A stretch of DNA of 64,000 nucleotides from Octopus vulgaris (GCA_951406725.2 OX597834.1:7192001-7256000); one strand, 5' to 3'; shown: positions 27,199 to 40,875, counted from the stretch's first letter. The notes: generated by a model not told the origin, from the letters alone. Program-made: numbers and translations.

Positions 27199-27541
27199 TA
27201 ATCCAAACAAGAAAAACACAACAACGTGAGGACATGGAACAAATATAGTATTATTGGATGCTCAGGAAAGGAGGGTTTAACATTTCGAGCGGAGCTCTTC
27301 GTCGGAAACATAGGAGAAGGAAAGATCCAGAGACGGGAAGACAGAGGAAAAAAAATCGCCAATGGTACACACGAGGTCACAAGGCTTCTGTCAGTTTCCG
27401 TCTACCAAATCCGCTCACAACGCTGTGGTCTGCCTGAGGCTATAGTAGAAGTCACTTGCCCAAAATGCCACGCAGTGGGACTGAACCTGGAACCATGTGG
27501 CTGGTAAGCAAGCTACTTGCCACACAGTCACTCCTACGCCT
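26885..27541 (-). mobile_element. SINE family B with a hammerhead-bearing element (27196-27381) inserted in its internal microsatellite
   Basis: SINE halves 26885-27120 and 27381-27541; the insert is homologous to 42030-42235. Confidence 0.85.
27275..27309 (-). ncRNA. Minimal type I hammerhead-like motif, U4C core
   Basis: Minus strand guuu-CCGACGA-a-gagc-ucc-gcuc-GAA-augu-u-aaac. Confidence 0.6.
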
Positions 27542-28359
27542 ATAACCATATATTTTTATATTCAAACTTTCTTCAATATGGATGGATTTACATTTTCAAT
27601 TTCATTTTCATTTTCTGGAAAACTAAGAGGTTTTTAAAATACTTTTTTAAAACCCGTTTTATGACTGTGCAACACTAAAAGAACTTTCAGAAGTCCATTT
27701 GTTACCTAATTCTTATTTTTATAGAACTATCACCAATGTTTCATGAGTGTGACACCACCCCCTTAGATGTTTGGAGAACTCAGATGTTTTTTCAGCTGAT
27801 GAGTACGGGTCACTTATATTTACTGCAATATTTGCAGCCTTAATAAAGCTGTCTTCGTACGAAACAATTGTACCGAAATATTGATCCATTCTTGTTGCTT
27901 TTTTTTTATATATTTATATATATATACACAAACATGCAATATTCTTCTAAAGATGATGCAAGAGACGGTCAAGGTTTTTGGGATGCTATATTGAGAAGGT
28001 TTACTATCCATGCTCAGATATTCTTGCTGGTTTCACCTTTTGTCGATTTGTTATTATCCAGTGCCATTTGAATCCTAATTGAACAAATGTTCCATTCGTA
28101 ACCCATTCTGTCTTTTATGATGTCTGTTATTAAATTGAATCTGTTATTAAATTGTTCTGAGAAGAAGAGTTCCCCCAATGCTGGTTCTTGCTCAAATATC
28201 AATGAAAGATTACTCCCAAAGCTGAGAATTGGATTCGTGAATGGAAAGGCAAAAATAGAAAGAAAACAAAAGATAAATAAATAAGTAAATAAATAAATAA
28301 ATTCATCTAATTATTCGGACGTAATAAAGACAAATCTGTTTCTCAACAACACAAAATAA

Positions 28360-28384
28360 GAATGATAACTATAACAACAACAAC

Positions 28385-28431
<47 letters not shown>

Positions 28432-28460
28432 TAATGATAATAATAATAATAATAATAATG

Positions 28461-28491
<31 letters not shown>

Positions 28492-28514
28492 TAATAATAA
28501 TAATAATAATAATG

Positions 28515-28554
<40 letters not shown>

Positions 28555-28658
28555 TAATGATAATAATAATAATAATGATAATAATAATAATAATAAAAAT
28601 AGTAATAATAATCAGAAAAAGAAGAAGAAGAATTATAATAATGATAATAATAATAATG

Positions 28659-28710
<52 letters not shown>

Positions 28711-28820
28711 TGATGATGATGATGATGATGGTGATGAGAAGAATTATAATAAAAATAACAATAGCAACAATAGTAATAATAATAACAATGCTAAAAATAA
28801 TAATAATAAAAATAATAATG
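28360..28820. repeat. (TAA)n-based compound microsatellite
   Basis: Direct reading. Confidence 0.95.
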
Positions 28821-28967
28821 CAAGATATGAACTTAATGTCATAGACACAGGCCAACAAATGGATGACTGGATTGTACACATCAAATATCTATGAAAGCAA
28901 CCAAGGTTACTAACATTTAACAACATGTGTGTGTGTGTGTGTGGGTATGTATATATATATACATTAA

Positions 28968-29202
28968 GGCGGCGAGCTAGCAGAATCGTTAGCACGTCGG
29001 GCGAAATGCTTAGCCATATTTCGTCTGCCGTTACGTTGTGAGTTCAAATTCCGCCGAGGTCGACTTTGCCTTTCATCCTTTCGGGGTCGATAAATTAAGT
29101 ACCAGTTACGCACTGGGGTCGATGTAATCAACTTAATACCTATGTCTGTCCATGTTTGTCCCCTCTATGTTCAGCCCCTTGTGGGTAATAAAGAAATAGG
29201 TA
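28968..29202 (+). mobile_element. SINE family A monomer
   Basis: Complete head, body and tail aaagaaataggta. Confidence 0.92.
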
Positions 29203-29262
29203 TGTATATATATATATATATAAAAATATATGCCTGCGTTTGTATATATATGTGTGTGTGTG

Positions 29263-29297
<35 letters not shown>

Positions 29298-29300
<3 letters not shown>

Positions 29301-29699
29301 GGAGTAAACACATAATTGTGAAACAAGGTGGAAAAAAGAGTACTCAAATACCAGAGGTAGAGTAATATGCTTTATTTAAAAGCAGCAGAAATTCAACAAA
29401 AGCTGGTACTTGGAGTTTCACGTTCCCGTTCGATTTAAGGTTTTTCCTTGGTTTTTTATAATTTTATATTTTATATTGAACTCATTTATTTGTTTTGTTT
29501 ATTTTTGTTTATCACTTGCATATGAGCGTTATTTGAAAGGACCAATCAAACAAATCCATTTTTAAAGGTGTAACGTTTATACTAGTCTTGATAGAATTGT
29601 CGTTTCGGTCCTATTTTAACAAAACTGTCCGACGAACGGGACTGTGAAATTCCAAGTAACAGCTTTTGTTGAATTTCTGCTGCTTTTAAATAAAGTATA

Positions 29700-29700
<1 letters not shown>
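29298..29700. mobile_element. Fold-back pLTR-like element in (TA)n with U4C hammerhead-like fold (29625-29662, +)
   Basis: Inverted arms ~29365-29432 / ~29633-29700; homologous to 52330-52550. Confidence 0.75.
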
Positions 29701-29737
<37 letters not shown>

Positions 29738-29739
<2 letters not shown>

Positions 29740-30160
29740 CGCAGGAGTGGCTGTGTGGTAAGTAGCTTGCTTACCAACCACATGGTTCCGGGTTCAGTCC
29801 CACTGCGTGGCACCTTGGGCAAGTGTCTTCTACTATAGCCTCGGGCCGACCAAAGCTTTGTGAGTGGATTTGGTAGACGGAAACTGGAAGAAGCCTGTCG
29901 TATATATGTATGTATATGTATGTGTGTATATGTTTGTGTGTCTGTGTTTGTCCCCCCACCATTGCTTGAAAACCGATGGTGGTGTGTTTACGTCCCCGTA
30001 ACCTAGTTGTTCAGCAAAAAAGACTGATAGAATAAGTATTGGGCTTACAAAGAATAGGTACTGGGCTTACAAAGTCCCGGGGTTGATTTACTTGACTAAA
30101 AGGTGGTGCTCCAGCATGGCCACAGTCAAAATGACTGAAACAATTAAAAAGAGAAAAAAG
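29738..30160 (+). mobile_element. SINE family B, full length
   Basis: Complete head to tail; faces an inverted copy at 30268-30575. Confidence 0.9.
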
Positions 30161-30267
30161 AAATATATATATATTAAATGCATATGGTCACTGTATATGT
30201 TATATTGCCTTATATATCCTCTTCTTTATAAAGAAAGAGTGTGATTTAAAGGAGTGATACAAGCAAG

Positions 30268-30575
30268 AGCCCAGTACATATTCTATCAGTCTCTTTTGCT
30301 GAACTGCTAAGTTACGGGTACTTAAACACACCACCATCGGTTGTCAAGCAATCGTGGGGGGACAAACACAGACACACAAACATATACACACATACATATA
30401 CATACATATATACAACAGGCTTCTTCCAGTTTCCGTCTACCAAATCCACTCACAAGGCTTTGGTCAGCCCGAGGCTATAGAAGAAGACACTTGCCCAAGG
30501 TACCACGCAGTGGGACTGAACCCAGAACAATGTGGTTGGTAAACAAGCTACTTACAACACAGCCACTCCTGCGCC
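30268..30575 (-). mobile_element. SINE family B, 3'-truncated
   Basis: Reverse complement of the 29738 copy. Confidence 0.88.
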
Positions 30576-30859
30576 TATATATATGAAGATGAAGCAACTG
30601 TGGAAAAGCTATTTCACTGTCTCAAGTTTTGATCAAATTTATAATGGCAGACAGGTGGAAGTTAAGAGTGTCTTCTAGGTGCAACGTTTTTTGGCATATG
30701 TAGTAAAAACAGCTGTTTATGCTTCATACCGTGTTATTCGAAACTGAAGACAAAGAAGAGAAAAATGATAATTATGTGCAGTAATATCACAACGAATTAT
30801 ACCGGGGAGGGGGGGAACCTATGGAGAGTTAATGACAGGGACAAAGACAATATCATATT

Positions 30860-30890
30860 ATGTGCATGTATGTGTGTGTACATATACATA

Positions 30891-30939
<49 letters not shown>

Positions 30940-31112
30940 ATATATACATATATATATATGTATGTATATATATATGTATATATATATACATACATATATA
31001 TGTATGTATATATACATATGTATATATATATATGTATGTATGTATGTATGTATATATATATTAATATATATATGTATATATGTATGTATGTATATATTCA
31101 TATATATCTATA

Positions 31113-31168
<56 letters not shown>

Positions 31169-31306
31169 AGACAGATAGATAGAGAGAGAGAAATAGACAC
31201 ATGAATATATATAAATATAAAGATATATAAAAGCATACATACATATAGTCATACATACACATGCAAACACGTGTTATGTATATATGTATGCATGTACATA
31301 GATATG

Positions 31307-31344
<38 letters not shown>

Positions 31345-31411
31345 CGTTCATATATACATATATATATACATATATATATACATATATATATGTATATATA
31401 TATATATATGT

Positions 31412-31477
<66 letters not shown>

Positions 31478-31510
31478 GTATATATATATATGCAAACACA
31501 CATATATGGA
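30860..31510. repeat. Compound (TA)n microsatellite
   Basis: Direct reading. Confidence 0.95.
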
Positions 31511-31861
31511 AACAGTATATCTTTTAAAGCATTTAAGAGCTATGAGATATGTCCCCTTGCAACCTCATAAGCTTCCGTAGCAGAAATGAGCAATGACAAG
31601 TAAAACCTATAACCATGTACAATAAACTATTACAAGGGAGTCTATTATCAGAAGATATCTTGTGATTGATTGGCTGTCAGTGGAGGTTTTATTTGCTTGT
31701 ACAAGTTGTCTCATTATCAGAGTGCAACAGTTGTTCTGTTAAAGGAAGATATCTTCTAAGCAGGACTTAAGCAGGGTAAAAAGTGCAAATATGACATATT
31801 TCAAAGGCGGAGGGAAATGGCGAGAGAAGAATAATATGATTACAGCATCACACATAGAATA

Positions 31862-31925
<64 letters not shown>

Positions 31926-32494
31926 CAATAATAATAAGGGTAAAATTAATTAATTAGTAATTAATAATTTTACCAAGCCGTGTTCAGTATGTAAAAAGAC
32001 CATTTACGCTATATTTAAAACATTACTTTATATAATTAGGGTTCAGCAAAAAAATTTACTTTACAACATATTGAACTTTTAGAAATAGCAGCCAAAGAAT
32101 TTAGCTATTTCCTCTTCTATAAGAAGAGTCTCCCAGATAATGTATACTCAAAAACAATTCACATAGTTATAGAGAGAAAAATAATGAAAGATCACTCGTA
32201 CATCGATTACTTGAGAACGCCATTTCTGGGTTAGTTAGATATAGAGATGCTAGAAATACATACCTATATCAACATTCCTGTCATCAGCCCAAGATTTCGT
32301 TAAGTTTAAATTTGAGAGCACTAAAAATCGAACATACCTGTCTGATTTGAGTAATCCCAGACGAACCACCTTTGACCACCAGTACTAGCGAATTCAAAAC
32401 GAATGAGGCTTTGCATCCTTCCCTGTCCACCGACGTGAGTTATAGAGCAAAACATTCCTACACCCTAATTATATATATATATATATATATATAT

Positions 32495-32745
32495 TGGTAA
32501 AAACGGTAAGATAACAAAAGAAAGAAAGAGACTTCAATATTATATAAATAGAGAAAATTTATCTGTAAAATGATATATGACAATTATTCAATAGCCAAGG
32601 TAAAACTCTGAGTTTCGGATGCCCAGGTGTTTTTCAGATGGCCAGATAACCGAAGAGATGGTGTTGTGGATTTCCACCTCAGCATCCGAAACTCAGAGTT
32701 TTATCTTGGCTATTGAATAATTGTCACATATTATTTTACAGATAT
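32495..32745. mobile_element. Fold-back pLTR-like element in (TA)n
   Basis: Inverted arms ~32561-32630 / ~32682-32744. Confidence 0.78.
32645..32705 (+). ncRNA. Type I hammerhead-like motif, U4C core, long stem II
   Basis: gauaa-CCGAAGA-gaug...cauc-c-GAA-acuc-a-gagu-u-uuauc; stems I and III are fully complementary. Confidence 0.62.
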
Positions 32746-32759
32746 ATATATATATATAT

Positions 32760-33105
32760 TACGGAGATGTACTCGCATAGCAAGTAATTTGGTCTGAGAT
32801 CGTGTGCTGAAACGAAAACAATTGCAGCGTGGAAGGTGTTTATAAGCCATTTAAGAAACAGACAAAAGCCGTTCGATTCACTTCAACATTTAAGTTTAAT
32901 TTGTCAAAATATTTTCGTTGCTAAAATCCGCGACCTGTTCACTGACAAAAATCCGTGCTGCATCTCGGATTTTTGATTTTTGTCAGTGAACAGGTCGCGG
33001 ATTTTAGCAACGAAAATATTTTGACAAATTAAACTTAAATGTTGAAGTGAATCGAACGGCTTTTGTGTGTTTCTTAAATGGCTTATAAACACCTTCCACG
33101 CTGCA

Positions 33106-33110
<5 letters not shown>
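32760..33110. mobile_element. Fold-back pLTR-like element with ~135-bp near-perfect arms
   Basis: About 32818-32951 is the reverse complement of about 32977-33110; flanked by (TA)n. Confidence 0.85.
32979..33028 (+). ncRNA. Type I hammerhead-like motif with G3-C8 swapped core (mirror copy 32900-32949 on minus)
   Basis: uuuguca-GUGAACA-g-gucgc-(8 nt)-gcaac-GAA-aauauu-u-ugacaaa; 7-bp stem I, palindromic helix III. Confidence 0.65.
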
Positions 33111-33155
<45 letters not shown>

Positions 33156-33194
33156 ACATATATAAATATACAAATATATGTATATATATATTTC

Positions 33195-33396
33195 AATATG
33201 TGACCGCTTGTGTATCATTGGCGATCTTCTTTCTCTCTGTCTTCCCGTCTTTGGACTTTTTTCTATATTTCTGATGAAGGGCTCTGCTGGAAACTTGAAA
33301 CCCTCTTTCTTTTCTTTCCTTTCATGAGCATCCAATCACACAGTACTTGTACCACGTCCTCGTGTGGCTTTTTTCTTGCTTGATCTTGTTTGGATT

Positions 33397-33402
<6 letters not shown>
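33195..33402 (+). mobile_element. Decayed copy of the 27196/42030 hammerhead-bearing family
   Basis: ttt-CTGATGA-a-gggc-tct-gctg-GAA-actt-g-aaac at 33268-33301; flanked by (TA)n. Confidence 0.7.
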
Positions 33403-33437
<35 letters not shown>

Positions 33438-33455
33438 TAAGTATGTATAGATATG

Positions 33456-33503
<48 letters not shown>

Positions 33504-33574
33504 CCTGCATATATATATAAATTTACATATATGTAAATATATATGTGTGTGTGTAAATATATATACACATATTC

Positions 33575-33626
<52 letters not shown>

Positions 33627-33669
33627 GTACATACACACACACACACACACGCACACATATATACATATC

Positions 33670-33910
33670 TACAATTGTGGGCAAAAGTTTGGAGCATCTT
33701 TATTTAAAAATTAAATTTATCATGCCCGAGTATAATTTGATTGAAATACGTATATATTTGGGTATTTAATATAAAACTTCTAATTTTCAGATATATGTTC
33801 CAAATTTTTGGCCAAGTAATATTATATTGCAAATTAAATATACCTTTGGGCACTTAATATAAAATTTCTGATTTTCAGATCTATCTTCCAAACTTTTGGC
33901 CATGACAGTA
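33670..33910. mobile_element. Tc1-type MITE
   Basis: TIRs TAcaattgtgggcaaaagtttgga / tccaaacttttggccatgacagTA. Confidence 0.7.
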
Positions 33911-33937
33911 CACACACACACACACATTCTCTCTATC

Positions 33938-34262
33938 TCTTTTACTCTTTTACTTGTTTCAGTCATTTGACTCCGGCCATGCTGGAGCACTGCCTTTAAT
34001 CGAGCAACTCGACCCCGAAACTTATTTTTTTGTAAGCCCAGTACTTATTATATCGGTCTCTTTTGCTGAACCGCTAAGTAACGGGGACATAAACACACCA
34101 GCATCGGTTGTCAAGCAATGCTAGGTGGACAAACACACACACGCATATATATATATACATATATACGACGGGCTTCTTTTCAGTTTCCGTCTACCAAATC
34201 CACTCGCAAAGCTTTGGTCGGCCCGAGGCTATAGCAGAAGACACTTGCCCAAGATGCCACGC
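33938..34262 (-). mobile_element. SINE family B, head missing
   Basis: Body and tail match the family. Confidence 0.88.
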
Positions 34263-34409
34263 ATATGTATATGCATGTATGTATGTGTGTATGTATATGT
34301 GTATGTATGTATGCTTGTATGTATGCATGTACATTTATATATATACACACATGCACAAATATATGTATGTGTGTGTGTATGAGTGAGTGTATGTTTGTAT
34401 ATATATATC

Positions 34410-34692
34410 ATGTGATCACGTGACCAACCAGACCATCAGATGTTGTTACACATCCCTGGTCACAATGCGTTCGCATTGTTTTAGCCTTTGAATGACACCA
34501 CCCCGCTGGCTAAGCGAGCAGGCCAACAGAAGAAAGAGTGGTGAAGGAGTACAGCAGGGATCACCACCATCCCCCCCTGCCGGAGTGTCGTGGAGCTTTT
34601 AGGTGATTTCGCTCAATAAACACTCACAACGGCCAGTCTGGGAATCGAAACCGTGATCCTACAACCGCAAGTCCGTTGCCCTAACCACTGGG
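34410..34692 (-). mobile_element. SINE family C
   Basis: Reverse complement of 16601-16909. Confidence 0.88.
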
Positions 34693-35897
34693 TTATATAT
34701 GTTTGTGTATATATATGTGTATATATATATGGGTGTTACTATTTTAAAATATCTTCAAGTTAATTATTTATTGCAATTTAAGAATAAACATTTGAAATTG
34801 AAAGCAAAATTTTAAAGTACACAGTATACATACAAACACCCAAACACACACACAAACAAGCATGCAGACACACATAAACACAGACACACATAAACATAGA
34901 CACACACATACACACACACAGATACACACACAGATACACACACACAGACACACACTTATGTGCACAAACACACACACATACACACACACAAGTACAAACT
35001 TTGTTGCCGCACAATTTTCTTACACTTCATTTCTTTGCAGATGTGCAGATGTGTATATATATATATATATTTATGAATAGAATGTATATATTTTCATGTA
35101 TTTTTGCATATAAGTACATTTATTTATATATATATATATGCAAATATATATTTATATACATATGCCTTTCTGTGTTTTTGTATACAATTGTGTGTGTATA
35201 TATATATATATATGTATCTACCTATATATATATATATATATAAATTGATAGATAAATAGATAGATAGATATATAGATATATACATACATATATATGTATA
35301 TATATATATGTGTGTGTGTATATTTATATATGTGTATATATAAATATATATATATACACACATATATATATGTATATATCTTTATATCTATCAATCTATC
35401 TATCTACCTATCTATCTATCTATCTATCCATATACATATATCTATCCATATATATATATGTATATTTGTTTTCATGTGTTTGTGTGTATTGTTTTTCTTG
35501 TGCCATTATTTCCTTCGTGTCTCAACACATGAATTACAGTATTTATCACTCCAAGTCCATTCAGATGACATACTTTATGTCTACAGAAATCTCTTATGGT
35601 TTGAATAAAACTGAAAAGGTGTTCTTTGATGTTAAACTTATCACAAATGTTTCAAATATATTTCTAGAGTTCTCCTTATCTATTTGCATTTAAATGTTAC
35701 AGAAAGAGCAGTGTTAATATATCAGGATACTCTCTTGGTAAACTCTGAGATAAAAGTAAGGTCGAGGTGGAGGATGCTTTGTAAAGCAGATATAATTCTC
35801 TCAGTGAAAAGGTGTTTAAATTTCTGCTTCAGGATATTCTGTAATTAGATAGCACAGTATCAGCCCATGATAGCAACAGTGCCTCGTGATACACACA

Positions 35898-35946
<49 letters not shown>

Positions 35947-35947
35947 G

Positions 35948-36248
35948 TGGAGGCGCAATGGCCCAGTGGTTAGGGCAGCGGACTCGAAGTCGTAGGATCG
36001 TGGTTTCGATTCCAAGACCGGGCGTTGTGTGTGTTTATTGAGAGAAAACACCTAAAAGCTCCACGAGGCTCCAGCAGGGGGTGGTGATCCCTGCTGTACT
36101 CCTTCACCACTCTTTCTTCTGTTCTTCTGTTGGCCTGCTCGGTTAGCCAGTGGGGTGGTGTCATTTGAAGGCTAAAACAATGCAAGCACATTGAGACCAG
36201 CGATGTGTAACTACATCTGATGGTCTGGTCGTCTGATGTTCACGTGAT
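35948..36248 (+). mobile_element. SINE family C
   Basis: Matches 16601-16909. Confidence 0.9.
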
Positions 36249-36351
36249 ATATACATATAAGAATATGGAATATGCAGATATACTCCCAGACAGTCACATA
36301 CATCAACACAGACACAACCAAAACATACACACACATACATACACACACACG

Positions 36352-36724
36352 AATGGGTGTGTGGTAAGAATTTTGGCTTTCCAGTCGTGGGATTTTTTGT
36401 TCAGTTCCACAGCAGGCCATCTTGGGCAAGCGTCTTCTACGATAGCCCCGGGCTGGCCGAAGGCCTGTGAGTGGGTTAGGTAGCCAGAAGCTGAAAGAAG
36501 CTCATTGCATACGTGTGTGTGTGTATGTGTTTCTGTGTGTGTGTGTGTGTGTGTGCCGGTGTGTGTGTGTGTCTGTGCGTGTGTGTGTGTGTTTCTGTGT
36601 GTCTGTGTGTGTGTGTTTGTGTGTGTGTGTGTCTGTGTGTGTGTGTGTGTCTGTGTTTGTGTGTGTGTGTGTGCCGGTGTGTGTGTGTGTTTGTGTGTGT
36701 GTGTCTCTGTGTGTGTGTGTGTGC

Positions 36725-36757
<33 letters not shown>

Positions 36758-36986
36758 TGTGTGTCTTTACGTCTGTGTTGGTCTCTTTGTTCCCCATCAC
36801 TGCTTCACAACTGGTATTGATGTGTTTATGTCACAGTAACTTAGCAGTTTGGCCAAAGAGATTGATACAATAAATACCAGGCTTAAATAATGTAAGTGCT
36901 GGAGTCAATTTGTTCAACTATAATCCTTCGGGGTGGTGCTCCAGCATGGCCATAGTCTAATGACTGAAACAAGTAAAAGATAAAAA
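36352..36986 (+). mobile_element. Diverged SINE family B with internal (TG)n expanded to ~260 bp
   Basis: Head 36352-36505, tail 36770-36986. Confidence 0.82.
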
Positions 36987-37002
36987 GCATATATATATAT
37001 AT

Positions 37003-37657
37003 AATAAATCTCTGAGCGAGGTATAAACAGTAGCTGCACAACATCGTGAAGTATATTTGCCACCTTAATGTGGTTAACCATTAAGGGTTGATGCTACTGT
37101 AGCTTGTAGCCCCAGGAGGATATCTCCTCCAACTGGCTATTGACTCATTATCTGTGCCCTATCAGTATTTGCAAAGAGAAGTCATCGTTCCCATCTCAAG
37201 CCTGACTTGATACACACGGACCTGAGTTTCTGGATATTGACCTATCATCAGCATGTGACACACACCAGTTGGCGATGGGAAATGATTCTCAATGCAAATA
37301 CATATACACTTTTTCCAGTGACGAAAAGTCACTTATCCTGAAAAAGTGGAAACAAGCAACAATAAACCTCCGAGCGAAGTATAAACCCTTCTTTATGACT
37401 GTTTAAATTGCTAGGTTTTGTATTGTCTTTAAGAATTTTGGCTCTCTCCACGATGCAGATCTTGCAATGGCCCCCTCCCATTAATATACAGGCTCAGATG
37501 ATCAATTAATTTCTACCTGATATACCACGGGGTTCCTTGATCTTTGAGGTGCCACACATGGCAGGCCAGAGACATGACAAACCATCTTTCTGTGATTCTG
37601 AAGGATGACTGGTTCTTAATAAAACGGTTGCTTGAACAAAGTACTCACAGAAGCAAT

Positions 37658-37660
<3 letters not shown>
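37003..37660 (-). mobile_element. 5'-truncated Penelope-like element: GIY-YIG C-terminus plus pLTR with 26-bp direct-repeat extension
   Basis: Minus-strand SSFR...[24 protein letters not shown] then (frameshift) GGHCKICIVERAKILKD...NLNSHKE; direct repeat 37003-37028 / 37361-37386; (TA)n flanks. Confidence 0.85.
37213..37257 (-). ncRNA. Type I hammerhead ribozyme motif with canonical core in the pLTR
   Basis: cacaug-CUGAUGA-uaggucaauaucca-GAA-acu-ca-ggu-C-cgugug; GUC cleavage triplet; same strand as the endonuclease; stem II weak. Confidence 0.7.
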
Positions 37661-38090
<430 letters not shown>

Positions 38091-38099
38091 TGAGACCAT

Positions 38100-38388
38100 A
38101 TTCAGTCATGACTGACCCTGGGAGTTACCCTCCCAGGCACAAGTCCAGGCAAGGTTGTTTATGGAAGACCAGCAGTCACCCACACATACCAGCCTCTCCT
38201 CTCCACACCATAAGTGTTATCCCAGGGAAAGGCAAAGGCCGATATACAGCTTGAAACCTGTGACGTCGCAACTCATTTCTACAGCTGAGTGAACTGGAGC
38301 AACGTGAAATAAAGTGTCTTGCTCAAGAACACAACACCCAGCCCGGTCCGGGATTCTAACTCACAACCTCATGATTGGAAGTTCGACA

Positions 38389-38392
<4 letters not shown>
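38100..38392 (-). mobile_element. tRNA-headed SINE with CORE-like segment
   Basis: Minus strand gtgttgtgttcttgagcaagacactttatttcacgttgctccagttcactcagctg; same segment at 45155-45215 (-) and 42505-42560 (+). Confidence 0.75.
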
Positions 38393-38419
<27 letters not shown>

Positions 38420-40617
38420 AATATATACAATGGGCTTTTTTCAGTTTCTGTCTACCAAATCCACTCACAAGGCTTTGGTCAGCCCAAGGGCTATAGTAGA
38501 AGACACTTGACCAAGGCGCTATGCAGTAGGAGTCAACCCAGAACCATGTGGCTGGAAAGCAAAATTCTTACCTCCACCATGTAGCGACGACTGTGCATGT
38601 GTGTGTGTTTATTCATGTATAGATATGCACATTCATGTATGTACATATGCATATGTGTGTGTGTGTGTATAGACATACATACATGTTCACAAACATCAAC
38701 ACACACACACGCATACAGGCACAAGCTTTTCTTAACTTGTTTCTGTATGTGTATATATGAGTATATATATATATGTGTGCATGTGATAATCTTGCAGTGT
38801 GTATGGTGATTTATTGCACAGCACACTCAGTCATGTCATAAATTTTATTGTGCTTTAGATTCCTAAAAGGAGACAGCTACTTCTAAGTCAGGTTTTGCTT
38901 CAGTGAAATGCTAATCCAATCCACCTTGAGAAAAGATTCGTTATTTTATGGGACACCCAGGGTAATTGATGTGCCAAAAGAATCCAGATTCTGTTTACAG
39001 ATAATCTGAAAGTGTAACAAGAATAGTATTCCTGGCTGTGATATTACAGTGTAAGACAGCTATAACCTAGGAACCGGTTATTGCTTCACAAAATTCCTAC
39101 CATTACAGACATTACCAATCTAAGAAGAAAAATAGTGAATACTGTATGAAAATTATTTGATCCAGAAAAGATTTGAAGTCTAGAAATTTCTTGGTTGTGA
39201 GCAACATAGAAAATAGCTAAAGTGAAAGTCAAAAAGCTAAAGAATCTCAAGAATTTCAGGTGAAATTAAAATCTGAATAAAAATTGTGATCAAACTAGAA
39301 TTATTCAGCAGATATTTATTGAAAGCCATAAACTACAGAACAGTTCTATTGACTGGCTATAATATGAATGTGGTTTAAATTGGTAAAATATATAAAAACA
39401 TTAAAAGGTCTGTGAGAGAGAACCATTTGCTTGGTAGACAAGCAGATGATGACAAGTTATTCAGGCAAGGAATAAAAAATGGAAGCAGCGGATGAAAAGA
39501 TCTGAAAGAGAAGTTTGGATAGCGTGTAAATTTCTTGTGTGTTTATTCTTTTACTGGTTTTAATCTTCAATGGTTTTAGCTGATTATGTGGCAATGAAAA
39601 ATAAAATATAAGCATTGAAGAATTGAGTAAAAGAGCGAGAGAGAGAGAGAGACGGGGAAAGAATATTGCTCCATTAAAAATGAAGAAAATGCGGTGCCGA
39701 ACATAAGAGAGAAGGTAAAATTTAGTGATGGAAAGAATCAGAAAGAATAGAACAATATTGAATGGAACTTGAAAGGAAATGTAGTAGAGTTTGAACATGA
39801 AGCAAATGAGGTTTAATGATAAAACTCTAAAGAGTGAATTATTGAACAACTTTGATAAGAAACAATGTAGATGTTTATGATGGAAATTTGATTCCAGGAA
39901 TATGAATTTCTTTGTTAATGAGCGAAATAAGAGGTAGAAACAAAAGATTAAATGGGAAGAAAGTGACATCATATCTGTATAGGTTACGTAAAGGAGAAAC
40001 GGTGAGATAGTCCATTATATGATACCTGAATGCAAAATGCTTGCTGGGGGGGGGTCGATAATGTTGAAAACCATAACAATGCAATAATGATTTTGAAAAT
40101 AGCTTCGTTCAAAGTAAACGGGATCTGTTAAAAGGAGTTCTGTAAAGAATAAAGTCTTCAGGCAATTGTTGATTTAGTATATTATATATACTAACGAGAT
40201 GGAATTTAGGTGACAAAAGTAAAAAATGAAAATTTGGTCACCAGTACTTTGTATAGTTATGATATATATATTGGTCAAGTGTACATAGTATCTGTAGGGT
40301 AAACTGGTCACCTGTACCTCACATCAGTACAGTGGACGGGGACCAAAATGCTTGGAACATGATTCTTTATTGCTGAATCGTAGAGTTGTTGTTAGAGTCC
40401 CAAAGACCTTGTCAGTGGGTTTTTCTAGATGGAATCTACTGAAAGAAGCCAGATGTGTATAGTAATGGTGAAGCTCCAGCATGGCCAGAACCTTTGGGTT
40501 GGAAGAAAAGAAGTTAAAAAGAAAAGAATTTCTTGCTTAAAATATTCTCCTCCTCCTCATCCTATCATCATCATCATCACTATCCACCACCCTGCACCAG
40601 CACCACTACCATCGTCA

Positions 40618-40730
40618 TCTTCTTCTTCTTCTTCTTCTTCTTCTTCTTCTTCTTCTTCTTCTTCTTCTTCTTCTTCTTCTTCTTTTTCTTCTTCTTCTTC
40701 TTCTTCTTCTTCTTCTTCTTCTTCTTCTTC
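40618..40730. repeat. (TTC)n microsatellite
   Basis: Direct reading. Confidence 0.97.
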
Positions 40731-40875
40731 TATCTTCTCCTCACTAACTTCAAAATAGAAATAGACAAGTAATTTAACCAGACGAAAGAAATGTTAATAC
40801 GTACACATAGACACATATATACACACTCATACATGCATATACATACACACACTCACACACACATATAGATATATG

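Noticed and set aside
39457-39972. 171-aa hydrophobic minus-strand ORF
   Set aside because: Antisense of A-rich sequence, possibly a very decayed LINE; no recognisable motif.
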